A stretch of 64,000 nt of DNA, taken from NCBI GenBank assembly GCA_964372485.1, contig CAYJQI010000001.1, positions 523,714 through 587,713 on the forward strand, read 5' to 3'. The notes under the pieces were generated by a model. The model was not told the DNA's origin and searched no databases. It saw nothing but the letters and a program-made list of their open reading frames with translations. This stretch comes from an uncultured archaeon. Its GTDB lineage: Archaea > Aenigmatarchaeota > Aenigmatarchaeia > CG10238-14 > SCSR01. A program made the translations under genes and the position numbers. Below are positions 34,517-42,954 of this stretch, piece by piece (within the stretch, counting starts at the first letter, position 1; each line of letters opens with the position of its first letter).

Positions 34517-35620
34517 CTACAAAATATTTTTCAAACCATTCTGTACAAAAATTTTAATTTCATTTTCATCTTTTATCGGAGAAATTCCGCGTGAAATTTT
34601 TTGAAACATCCATTCGGGCGCATAAATTTTTTCAAAATCAGACAAACTAATGTGCGGTTTGTTTCCTTTCAACATGTTCATCATTTCTTCAATCATAATT
34701 TCGTATGAAAGTGGTCCAATTGGGTTTACAGTTTCCATTTCATCGGTCGTTATTATTTTCATTCGTCCCCTCCCACCGCTAGTTATTTCTTGTTCGGTGC
34801 TGAGATACTCCAAGTAGACTGTAGCATGTTCAAAATTGATCCGAATTTTCTTTTGTTCGACATCTAATCCCTTCCCAACTCGGATAATTGCATTTGCGTT
34901 TTGGAAATTCACCCCTTCGATCTGAAATCTTGCTTCAACTGCGGTAGGATTCACCTTATCATACTCGGGTTGCGCGATGAATGTCTTTGTGTTGCTCAAT
35001 CTCCAGTTGTCTGCACCTAAAACATTCGTGATTATCGATATCGGATGAACCCAATCCATAAACACTCCGCCATTCTCTGGTTTGAACAACCATGATCTTC
35101 TTGCATCCTCTTCATCAGTCTTCTCAAAAAACGTCGCGGATATACCGGTTATCTTACCATGTTTTCTAACTAATTCCGGTAATCTTCTTCGTAATTCAGC
35201 TGTCAAAGCTTTCGAAAGATAATGAAGATGGATTGTTACCTTGTTTTCCAGTCGATTGTTGCGGATGAAACTCAAAATTCTGTCGAAATCTTCCTTGTTT
35301 GTGGCGAAAGTCTTCTCAGTTACAGTAACTTTTCCATTTTCAAGTGATTGCATAGTTTGAAGTTTGTGAAATTGATTTGGACTGGCGATATGAACGATGT
35401 CTACACCTTCAAAGAAGTTGTTTGGAAGTGATTTACCTGCTTCAGCTTGATAATAATTGCTTTCGGATATACCATATTTCAGTAATTCTTCTTTTTTGTC
35501 GTCGAAAGATCTTGTTCCGACAGTTTTTACTAATTTTATCTCTTGTTTTTTCTTCAGAACTTCATGTAAACGTTTTACCCAATGACCTAAACCGATCGTC
35601 CCCAGATTATATGTTCCCAC
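34517..35620 (-). CDS. Gfo/Idh/MocA-family NAD(P)-dependent oxidoreductase
   Basis: 367 aa with GTG start. N-terminal Rossmann LGTIGLGHWVKRL, EKTFAT in place of the family EKP motif, and an alpha/beta C-domain. Confidence 0.7.
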   Translation of the reverse strand: MGTYNLGTIGLGHWVKRLHEVLKKKQEIKLVKTVGTRSFDDKKEELLKYGISESNYYQAEAGKSLPNNFFEGVDIVHIASPNQFHKLQTMQSLENGKVTVTEKTFATNKEDFDRILSFIRNNRLENKVTIHLHYLSKALTAELRRRLPELVRKHGKITGISATFFEKTDEEDARRSWLFKPENGGVFMDWVHPISIITNVLGADNWRLSNTKTFIAQPEYDKVNPTAVEARFQIEGVNFQNANAIIRVGKGLDVEQKKIRINFEHATVYLEYLSTEQEITSGGRGRMKIITTDEMETVNPIGPLSYEIMIEEMMNMLKGNKPHISLSDFEKIYAPEWMFQKISRGISPIKDENEIKIFVQNGLKNIL

Positions 35621-35651
35621 AGTTGTAATTAGATGTTAAAGGAATAAAAGT
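35591..35651. repeat. Direct repeat copy A (5' end of the Gfo-family gene plus its upstream spacer)
   Basis: Matches 36594-36654 with about six substitutions and one 1-nt indel. A 30-nt core, agattatatgttcccacagttgtaattaga, is identical (35604-35633 vs 36607-36636). Confidence 0.85.
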
Positions 35652-35989
35652 TAGTTATGTAACATTGGTTTGTGCTTAAATATTTTATTTGCCTACTATA
35701 ATTTGTGATAAATGGTGTATGTTTTAACTATCCTTAAAATAATGGGTCAGATTGCTTATACTGTTGTAAGACACCCAATGGAAACAACTGTTATTGAGAG
35801 GGAACATGGTAGTATCTTCAAACGTTTTGGTAGTCGTCAAGAATATATCGATTGCGGAATTACTTTTCCATACGATAATTATATTGTGATTGGTGGATTC
35901 AGAGGTCGTACTACCCCCTCTCGACCTTCTTAGAATACCTAACCAATGAAAACGATCTGTTTTATTTAAACCCTTCTCCCCTTTCCGAC

Positions 35990-36043
35990 TTCTTTGCAAT
36001 CATGAAGACAACAATCGCGATAATTACGAAATTAATTAATTCA
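35990..36043. repeat. 54-nt perfect copy of an internal mscL segment
   Basis: ttctttgcaatcatgaagacaacaatcgcgataattacgaaattaattaattca is identical to 36692-36745 inside mscL. Confidence 0.9.
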
Positions 36044-36047
36044 AGAA

Positions 36048-36284
36048 CTAGCTCTTCTCAGTTCTCTTCAATTCATCCAAGCTAACAAACTTATCTTTTC
36101 TGCCCTTCTTCCAGTCTTCCATTGCTTCGTTCATTGATTTCTTCTCCTCTTCAGTGAGGCTTTCTTCTGCCAGTTGTTCAACTATTATAGGCTCTTTTAC
36201 CATTGTTACCACCATTTTCCTGATGCTGACTACTTCTCTTTTAATCTGCCCTATTTCCTGCTCCAATTTTTCCAGTTTAGTCAT
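36048..36284 (-). CDS. Putative antitoxin / addiction-module component (coiled-coil, 78 aa)
   Basis: Overlaps the RelE-like gene by 8 nt. The C-terminal ...EEEKKSMNEAMEDWKKGRKDKFVSLDEL resembles 'putative addiction module component' proteins as I recall them. Confidence 0.5.
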   Translation of the reverse strand: MTKLEKLEQEIGQIKREVVSIRKMVVTMVKEPIIVEQLAEESLTEEEKKSMNEAMEDWKKGRKDKFVSLDELKRTEKS

Positions 36285-36522
36285 AACTTATTCTACCTCT
36301 AATATCTATTTCAAAGATAAGTATTAAATCATCTCCAGTTCTTATAAGCATTCTGTATTTACCTCTTCTTATCCTGTAAACATTGCCGCCTAGTTTTTTC
36401 GTGTCCAGTCTTGAAAAAGGAAATTGCTCCAATATTGTTGCTGTTTCAAGTATGTCATCTTTGACGTGCTGTGGGAACTTTTCCATTTTCTTCAGAACTT
36501 TATCGTGAAAGATTACTTTCAT
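36277..36522 (-). CDS. relE: RelE/ParE-superfamily toxin
   Basis: 81 aa: ...KKLGGNVYRIRRGKYRMLIRTGDDLILIFEIDIRGRISY matches the RelE/ParE core (yRiRvGdYRiiy...I..i.hR). Confidence 0.65.
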   Translation of the reverse strand: MKVIFHDKVLKKMEKFPQHVKDDILETATILEQFPFSRLDTKKLGGNVYRIRRGKYRMLIRTGDDLILIFEIDIRGRISYD

Positions 36523-36569
36523 AAATTGATTATTGTCTAGAATAGGTTAAATAATAAAATTACGTTTCG

Positions 36570-36623
36570 TCAACCCCTTTCCTTTGCGGGAAGACCGATT
36601 GTAGCAAGATTATATGTTCCCAC
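36570..36623 (-). pseudogene. Remnant of the Gfo-family gene 5' end (17 codons then stop)
   Basis: GTG GGA ACA TAT AAT CTT GCT ACA ATC GGT ... gives MGTYNLATIGLPAKERG*, against the intact gene's MGTYNLGTIGLGHW. Confidence 0.6.
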
Positions 36624-36654
36624 AGTTGTAATTAGAATGTTAAACAATAAAAGT
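36594..36654. repeat. Direct repeat copy B
   Basis: See copy A (35591-35651). Confidence 0.85.
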
Positions 36655-36657
36655 GAC

Positions 36658-36957
36658 TTACTTCTTCGTAACTTTCTCTTCTTTCATAACTTTCTTTGCA
36701 ATCATGAAGACAACAATCGCGATAATTACGAAATTAATTAATTCACCTAAGAATGGACCCCACCCGATTACTATCGAACCTAATGTGAAAGTTGCTGTTT
36801 TCCAGGCACCACCAGGAATAAATGGAGTTATAATCGGCATTATTATGTTATCTACAAGAGATTTTACTAAAGCAGTTGCCGCTACACCTATTATGAATGC
36901 AATAGCCAGTGCAATTACTTTGTATTCTCGGAGAAATTCCAAAAATTCTTTCAGCAT
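36658..36957 (-). CDS. mscL: Large-conductance mechanosensitive channel MscL
   Basis: 99 aa: MLKEFLEFLREYKVIALAIAFIIGVAATALVKSLVDNIIMPIIT... is the canonical MscL N-terminus, followed by a second TM helix. Confidence 0.85.
   Translation of the reverse strand: MLKEFLEFLREYKVIALAIAFIIGVAATALVKSLVDNIIMPIITPFIPGGAWKTATFTLGSIVIGWGPFLGELINFVIIAIVVFMIAKKVMKEEKVTKK
36692..36745. repeat. Source copy of the 54-nt mscL segment duplicated at 35990-36043
   Basis: Identical 54-mer. Confidence 0.9.
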
Positions 36958-37008
36958 AATAATTCTATGATTTGTTGAAATATAAATTATCTTTGGGCAT
37001 CTGGTCCA

Positions 37009-37575
37009 TTATGAATATCTGATTTTCAAATTGCCTTTGACATCATATTTGTGTGAATTGAAAATCCTGTGGAATGACTTTCTTTGCGGAACAGTTTTTT
37101 GCAAGTTATCCAATCCTGTAAGAAATGCATCGCTTACTACATTTTGTTCCTGTTCGGTCAATTCAGTAACTGGATAAGGTCTGGTGCCGGATTCTACATT
37201 CGCCCAATCAACCTTTCCATCACATCCTATATCTTGATTATCTTGGCCGTCAAGAAAACTGCTAGTTCTCCCACCTCTAACCAAACTACAAATCGCTGTT
37301 TTTCTATTTTCAAGGTGATGATAATGTAGGAGGTAAAGTGGTTTCCCATCTGGCATCGATCCTCTATAAACATTTACTACATACCCTCTTTCTTGTCTTG
37401 TTTCTGATGGTACCCCTTGCTCAATTATGTGATTCAATAGAGTGTATTCCGGATTTTTAGGTCGAGGTGAACGATTTGTGTCATTAAAAAGTATGAATCC
37501 CGCCGCTGTTAATATTGCGGCACCTACACCCATCCCTAATAGAATCTTATCGACCATTACCGATAAAATGACCAT
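37009..37575 (-). CDS. Membrane-anchored hypothetical protein (188 aa)
   Basis: N-terminal TM helix LLGMGVGAAILTAAGFILF, then a soluble domain with no recognised motif. Confidence 0.45.
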   Translation of the reverse strand: MVILSVMVDKILLGMGVGAAILTAAGFILFNDTNRSPRPKNPEYTLLNHIIEQGVPSETRQERGYVVNVYRGSMPDGKPLYLLHYHHLENRKTAICSLVRGGRTSSFLDGQDNQDIGCDGKVDWANVESGTRPYPVTELTEQEQNVVSDAFLTGLDNLQKTVPQRKSFHRIFNSHKYDVKGNLKIRYS

Positions 37576-37682
37576 TGATTTATTTATCAGTTTTCTTAGT
37601 ATAATCTAACATCTATACTTCATTGACTTTCATTCTATGGTATAAACTCTTGGATATACAACAAGTTCCACATCAAATTTTC

Positions 37683-39077
37683 TTACCAATCTGTGTGAAA
37701 TGTACCTTCTTTGTCAATTCTTTTGTAGGTATGTGCACCAAAGAAGTCTCTTTGTGCTTGAATCAAGTTTGCAGGTAACTTTTCTGAAAAATAACTGTCA
37801 AAGTATGTCAATGAAGATGAAAATCCGGGAACAGGTATCTTATTTTTCACTGCAAATGATATAACATGCCTCCAATCTTGCTCATTTTTACTAATTACAT
37901 CAAGAAAATTCTTATCTGTCATCAAATTTTGTAGATTTCCATCTCTTTCAAACGCAGATTTCACATCTTCGAGGAACTTTGCTCTAATGATGCATCCTCC
38001 TTCCCAGATATGGGCAATAGTTTTCATATCCAACTTCCAATTATATTCCTTCGAAGCAGCATTAAGAAGTGAAAATCCTTGAGCATAAGCACAAATCTTC
38101 GAAACATACAACGCATTATGAACATTTTGAATGAATTCTTCCTTGTTTTCCACATTAACAGAGATTTTATCAACAAATCTGCTCGCATTTACTCTTTCTT
38201 CCTTCAATGACGACATGAAACGTGCCATAACTGCACTATTGAGACTGTAAATGGGAATTCCGAGATCAAGACTGTGTTGCGATGCCCACTTTCCAGTTCC
38301 TTTCTGTTCAGCTTCATCCAAAATAACATCCACGAGGTGATTTTCTGTCAACTCATCCTTCTTTTTTAGTATTTGTGAAGTGATTTCGATCAAGTACGAG
38401 TTCAATTCCCCTTTGTTCCACTCAAAAAATATATCCGCCATCTCATCATTTCCTATTCCTATCTCCCTCAGAAGGTGATAAGCTTCACTAATCAATTGCA
38501 TGTCGATGTATTCTATCCCATTATGAACCATTTTGACGTAATGTCCTGCGCCATCTGGCCCAAGATAAGCACAACAAGGTGATCCGTCGAATGCTTTTGC
38601 TGCAATTTGTTCGAGCATCGGTCTCATTTCTTTCCAAGCATCTTTATTTCCTCCAACCATAATACTTGGACCTTTCAATGCACCTTCCTCCCCGCCGGAT
38701 ATACCACATCCAAGAAATCTAACACCTTTCCCTTCCAAATATTTCATTCTTCTCACTGTATCCTTGAAGTAAGAATTCCCACCGTCGACAATTATATCAT
38801 TCTTTTCAAGATATGGTAGTAATTGTTCAACAACAGCATCTACAGCCTCACCCGCTTTGACCATCAGAATTATCTTTCTTGGTTTTTCCAAACTGTTAAC
38901 AAATTCCTCGATGGATTTAGTTCCAATTACCTGCTTTCCTTCAATTTTTTTAAGAAATTCTTCTGTCGTAGATGTTGTACGATTGAAAACTGAAATGGGA
39001 AATCCCCTACTTTCAAAATTAAGAGCTAGATTCTGCCCCATGACTGCTAGTCCTATCAAACCGAGTTTGCTCCCCAC
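37683..39077 (-). CDS. gnd: 6-phosphogluconate dehydrogenase, decarboxylating
   Basis: 464 aa with LGLIGLAVMGQNLALN, GGNS.F.DT and GISGGEEGA..GPS.M.GG blocks. Full-length similarity to Gnd as I recall it. Confidence 0.9.
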   Translation of the reverse strand: MGSKLGLIGLAVMGQNLALNFESRGFPISVFNRTTSTTEEFLKKIEGKQVIGTKSIEEFVNSLEKPRKIILMVKAGEAVDAVVEQLLPYLEKNDIIVDGGNSYFKDTVRRMKYLEGKGVRFLGCGISGGEEGALKGPSIMVGGNKDAWKEMRPMLEQIAAKAFDGSPCCAYLGPDGAGHYVKMVHNGIEYIDMQLISEAYHLLREIGIGNDEMADIFFEWNKGELNSYLIEITSQILKKKDELTENHLVDVILDEAEQKGTGKWASQHSLDLGIPIYSLNSAVMARFMSSLKEERVNASRFVDKISVNVENKEEFIQNVHNALYVSKICAYAQGFSLLNAASKEYNWKLDMKTIAHIWEGGCIIRAKFLEDVKSAFERDGNLQNLMTDKNFLDVISKNEQDWRHVISFAVKNKIPVPGFSSSLTYFDSYFSEKLPANLIQAQRDFFGAHTYKRIDKEGTFHTDW

Positions 39078-39144
39078 GAAATCCTCTTAATTAATATCCG
39101 GTTAAGTTTTTTATAGGGAATACGTATTATCAACTGATGATAAA

Positions 39145-39699
39145 ATGAACAAGTCGAAAATTCTAGATGAGATAGCTGAAGAAATTGAAAAATGTGACGA
39201 ATGTAAGGAAAATACATCCGGATTACCTGTTCCAGGAGAAGGTAACCCTAACGCGAGGATAATGTTTATCGGTATGGCACCTGGAAGAGAAGAATCAAAA
39301 ACGGGTAGACCATTTGTTGGAAGATCTGGTAGATATTTAACAAAATTACTCGACGCAATCGGAATAAATCGGGAGGATGTTTACATAACTTCGCCTGTAA
39401 AGTATTTCCCTGGTCAAAGATTATTGAAAAGCAGCGAGATTGAACATAGTAAAGTTCATTTGTCAAAACAAATCCAAACTATCCAACCAGAACTGATGGT
39501 ACTTCTTGGAGATACTGCGGTGAAAGCTGTGTTGGGTAAAGGAATCAAAATATCGGAAAACCATGGGAAGACTATTCGGAAAGATAGAGATTATTTTGTT
39601 ACCTTACATCCTTCTGCTGGACTAAGATTTGAGAAATTCAGGGAAATTATTAAAAATGATTTCAAAAAATTAGGTAAGCTAGTCAAAAACTACCAATAA
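39145..39699 (+). CDS. udg: Family 4-type uracil-DNA glycosylase (only 2 of the 4 usual Fe-S cysteines present)
   Basis: 184 aa with GEGNPNARIMFIGMAPGREESKTGRPFVGRSGRYL (motif A) and a C-terminal HPS motif. The only Cys residues are in KCDEC. Confidence 0.8.
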   Translation: MNKSKILDEIAEEIEKCDECKENTSGLPVPGEGNPNARIMFIGMAPGREESKTGRPFVGRSGRYLTKLLDAIGINREDVYITSPVKYFPGQRLLKSSEIEHSKVHLSKQIQTIQPELMVLLGDTAVKAVLGKGIKISENHGKTIRKDRDYFVTLHPSAGLRFEKFREIIKNDFKKLGKLVKNYQ

Positions 39700-39754
39700 C
39701 TCCTCCAAATATTAATATTCACGAGTACAAAATTCCACTGATTCTAAATGTGGT

Positions 39755-40138
39755 GTGAAAATGTATATTCGATTTCATCTTCCAACGAGTATAGAAAAAA
39801 TGATGCAATTGGAAATGGAAAGGCGTAAGATGAAATTTATTCCTCAGTATCGAATCATGCGGGGAGCCGTAGTTGATTTTGCTTTTCCATCAAAGAAGAT
39901 AGCTATTGAATGTGATGGAGACTATTGGCATGCAAACCCTTCCAAATACAAGGACAAGGATTATACACAGAAGAAAAATTCAATCATAGACAAGGAAAGA
40001 GAAGAACTCATACGAGCATCTGGGTGGACGATAATGAGATTTTGGGAAACTGATATTAGGAATAATGTAAAAGAATGTGTGGATGTAATTGAACGGGAAC
40101 TGGCTAAAATACAAGTTCTTTCTGCTTATCGGAATTAA
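39755..40138 (+). CDS. Vsr/DUF559-like PD-(D/E)xK endonuclease
   Basis: VVDFAFPSKKIAIECDGDYWHANP ... GWTIMRFWETDI resembles the very-short-patch repair endonuclease core (D..., xxDGxFWH, GW.vl.vWE). Confidence 0.55.
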   Translation: MKMYIRFHLPTSIEKMMQLEMERRKMKFIPQYRIMRGAVVDFAFPSKKIAIECDGDYWHANPSKYKDKDYTQKKNSIIDKEREELIRASGWTIMRFWETDIRNNVKECVDVIERELAKIQVLSAYRN

Positions 40139-41240
40139 TCCCTTTGTTTCTTATTCTAATACCAGGTTCTTTAGTGATTTCTCCACCAACTTTACTTTCA
40201 ATTTCATACTGTCCAGCAATTTTCATTACAGTATCCGGATTCGGTGTGATCACTATCATTCCCTGTCCCATATTCCATGTTCGATATGCTTTTTTATCAG
40301 TTACATCACCTACCTCCTGACAATGTTTCATTAAATCACATGGATCAAAGGGATCGTCCAAATATGCTCCTAAATTACTCGGCTTTAAAACTCTATGTAG
40401 TTTTTCTGGAATTCCTCCACCTGTAACGTGAGAAATACCATGCACTTCCGCTTTAGGTTCTCCTTCAAATCCACCTATCATATCAACAACTGCTCTCGTG
40501 TAAATTCGAGATGGAATAAGAGCTAATCCACCTAAATTTTGACCATTGTAATTTTCCCTATGCCATTCTTCACCATATTTTGTATATAATATTCTTCTTA
40601 CAAGAGATAGCCCATTTGATCTGAAACCGTTTTCTCTTAATATAACAAGTTTATCCCCTTCTTTTATTTCACGTCCAGTCAACATTCTATTTTTTCTTGC
40701 AAACCAGACAACTGCTGCTCCCCAATTATAATTAAATCTATTTAGTTTGTCGTAACCTCTAATTCTTGCACCCAATTCTGCAACTTCTCCGTTGATGACA
40801 GCCACGTTAGCAGCCAATGCAGCATTAACATAACCAATCGCCAACTGTTTTACAAAATCAATATAAGAAAGATTACCTTTTCCCAATCTTCTAACATCTA
40901 GAATAGAACCAACAAGAACAGGCTCCGCTCCTCTAACCAGGGCATCATCACAAACCATAGCTAAAAGATCATGTCCCACTGTATAATGTTTCAAAGTTCT
41001 TTCGGCAAGTTCTACTTTCGATCCGATTCCATCAAACCCTATGCCCATATAGGTATCTTCAGGCAACCCACCAACGTTAACAGCTCTTAATCCTGTAAAA
41101 TCCTCAAAAACTTCAACAATTTCACCCAATCTCCCACTTCTAGTTTTCCAAGTTTGTTTAGCGGCATCATAAAGAACTTTTGAAGCTTCCTCCTTTAACT
41201 CATTGTTTACATCATAACTTGTCAAAGTCCTGCCGCCCAT
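40104..41240 (-). CDS. purM: AIR synthase-family protein, probably phosphoribosylformylglycinamidine cyclo-ligase (PurM)
   Basis: 378 aa with GFDGIGSKVELAE (compare DGVGTK), DDALVRGAEP, and a C-terminal ISHVTGGG block. Confidence 0.65.
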   Translation of the reverse strand: MGGRTLTSYDVNNELKEEASKVLYDAAKQTWKTRSGRLGEIVEVFEDFTGLRAVNVGGLPEDTYMGIGFDGIGSKVELAERTLKHYTVGHDLLAMVCDDALVRGAEPVLVGSILDVRRLGKGNLSYIDFVKQLAIGYVNAALAANVAVINGEVAELGARIRGYDKLNRFNYNWGAAVVWFARKNRMLTGREIKEGDKLVILRENGFRSNGLSLVRRILYTKYGEEWHRENYNGQNLGGLALIPSRIYTRAVVDMIGGFEGEPKAEVHGISHVTGGGIPEKLHRVLKPSNLGAYLDDPFDPCDLMKHCQEVGDVTDKKAYRTWNMGQGMIVITPNPDTVMKIAGQYEIESKVGGEITKEPGIRIRNKGINSDKQKELVF

Positions 41241-41281
41241 GAATAGATCTGGTAGTAAAACTTTAATTCCTTTATTTTGAA

Positions 41282-41587
41282 ATGTTAATTGTAGATATGT
41301 CAGATTATATGAAGATAGAGAAAGATCTTGTTAAAAGAATTTCTGATATCGCTAGATTGAAATTAAATGAAGATGAAACTGAAAATTTTACAAAACAAGT
41401 TTCTGATATTATCGATGCATTCAAAAGTTTAGATGAGGTGGACACTAAAAATGTTAAACCATCTTTCCATCCACAGGGAATTTCTGATGTTTATCGTGAA
41501 GATAAAGCTGAGAAGTTTGATTGGGATCCACTTTCTAATACCAAACACAAAGATGGAAAGAATTTCAAAGGACCAAAGATTATATGA
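41282..41587 (+). CDS. gatC: Asp/Glu-tRNA amidotransferase subunit C
   Basis: VKRISDIARLKLNEDETENFTKQVSDIIDAFKSLDEVDTKNVKP is the GatC consensus. Overlaps gatA by 4 nt. Confidence 0.8.
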   Translation: MLIVDMSDYMKIEKDLVKRISDIARLKLNEDETENFTKQVSDIIDAFKSLDEVDTKNVKPSFHPQGISDVYREDKAEKFDWDPLSNTKHKDGKNFKGPKII

Positions 41588-42903
41588 ATGACAAAATGTT
41601 AAGCAAATTAAAATTGATACAGAAAAAATATTCACCATTCATTACATTACCAGAAAAATTGCAGACTAATTCAAAGAAAGGAAAATTATCTGGAATTACG
41701 GTTTCAGTTAAAGATAACATTTGCACGAAAGGAATTCAAACTACTGCAGGTTCAAAAATATTAGAAGGATATATTCCACCATTCAATGCAACAGCTATTC
41801 AAAAAATTATTGATGCAGGAGGAATTATTTTAGGTAAGACTGCAATGGATGAATTTGGATTCGGTACTTTCTCAACTAATTGTGCTTATGGAATTCCAAA
41901 AAATCCATTAGATCCATCAAGAAGTGCAGGAGGATCATCAGGTGGTGCGGGTTCTATTACAGCTGCTGCAGATTTCCCACATATTGCATTAGCTGAATCA
42001 ACAGGAGGAAGTATATCATGTCCTGCAGCATTCACAGGAACTGTCGGACTAACTCCAACATATGGAAGAGTTTCACGATGGGGATTAATTGATTATGCAA
42101 ATAGTTTAGATAAAATTGGATGTATTAGTAAAACCGTACATGATGCCGCATTAATGTTATCAGTTATATCCGGACATGATAAATTGGATTCTACTTCATT
42201 GAATTTACCATCGGAAGATTTCACAAAATATCTTAAGAAAGATGTGAAAGGAATGAGGATTGGTGTACCAAAAGAATATTTCGAGGGACTGGATGAAAAA
42301 ATTTCAAAACTTATTTGGAATGCAATTAAAAAATTGGAAGATCTTGGTGCAATATACAAAGAAGTTTCATTACCACATACAAAATACGCATTACCATCTT
42401 ACTACATTATTGCAATGGCTGAATCATCAACAAATCTCGCGAAATATTCTGGATTAAGATACGGTCTTCATAAAGAATTGAATGGAAATTTTGACGAATA
42501 CTTTACATCTGTAAGAACTGCAGGATTTGGTGAAGAAGCGAAAAGAAGAATTGTTCTTGGAACATTTGCACGAATGGCTGGATATAGAGATGCATATTAT
42601 TTGAAGGCTTTGAAAGTAAGAACAAAGGTTATAGAGGATTTCAAGATTGCTTTTAAGAAATTCGATGTTCTTGCAGCACCAACAATGCCAGTGATAGCTC
42701 CAAGATTCGATGAAATAAAGAAGCTATCTCCGATAGAAAATTATATGATGGACGTGTTAACTGTTGCACCGAATCTTGCTGGTATACCAATGATATCTGT
42801 TCCCGTTGGGAATGTAAATAAAATGCCGATTGGATTACATTTGATGGGAGATCATTTACAAGAAGGAAAGATTCTACAAGTTTCTCAATCTTTTGCTAAA
42901 TAA
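41584..42903 (+). CDS. gatA: Asp/Glu-tRNA amidotransferase subunit A (amidase signature enzyme)
   Basis: 439 aa with the amidase signature GGSSGGAGSITAA and a KDNICTKG.QTTAGSKIL block. Confidence 0.9.
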   Translation: MNDKMLSKLKLIQKKYSPFITLPEKLQTNSKKGKLSGITVSVKDNICTKGIQTTAGSKILEGYIPPFNATAIQKIIDAGGIILGKTAMDEFGFGTFSTNCAYGIPKNPLDPSRSAGGSSGGAGSITAAADFPHIALAESTGGSISCPAAFTGTVGLTPTYGRVSRWGLIDYANSLDKIGCISKTVHDAALMLSVISGHDKLDSTSLNLPSEDFTKYLKKDVKGMRIGVPKEYFEGLDEKISKLIWNAIKKLEDLGAIYKEVSLPHTKYALPSYYIIAMAESSTNLAKYSGLRYGLHKELNGNFDEYFTSVRTAGFGEEAKRRIVLGTFARMAGYRDAYYLKALKVRTKVIEDFKIAFKKFDVLAAPTMPVIAPRFDEIKKLSPIENYMMDVLTVAPNLAGIPMISVPVGNVNKMPIGLHLMGDHLQEGKILQVSQSFAK

Positions 42904-42954
42904 AAATTTCTATTCATTTATAAACCATGGAAATTGAATTAATTTGGTATAATT

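Larger units (their letters stand above)
35652..36593. mobile_element. About 0.94-kb inserted segment carrying a RelE-type TA pair, bounded by duplicated host flanks (no integrase or transposase)
   Basis: Lies between repeat copies A and B. It contains a perfect 54-nt copy of internal mscL sequence and the TA genes, and the ancestral gfo-mscL junction is recognisable at copy B. Confidence 0.45.

Noticed and set aside
39127-39180. C/D-box-like CTGATGA ... GATGAG ... CTGA near the UDG start
   Set aside because: It lies across the UDG start codon and coding sequence, and the spacing does not fit a C/D sRNA.
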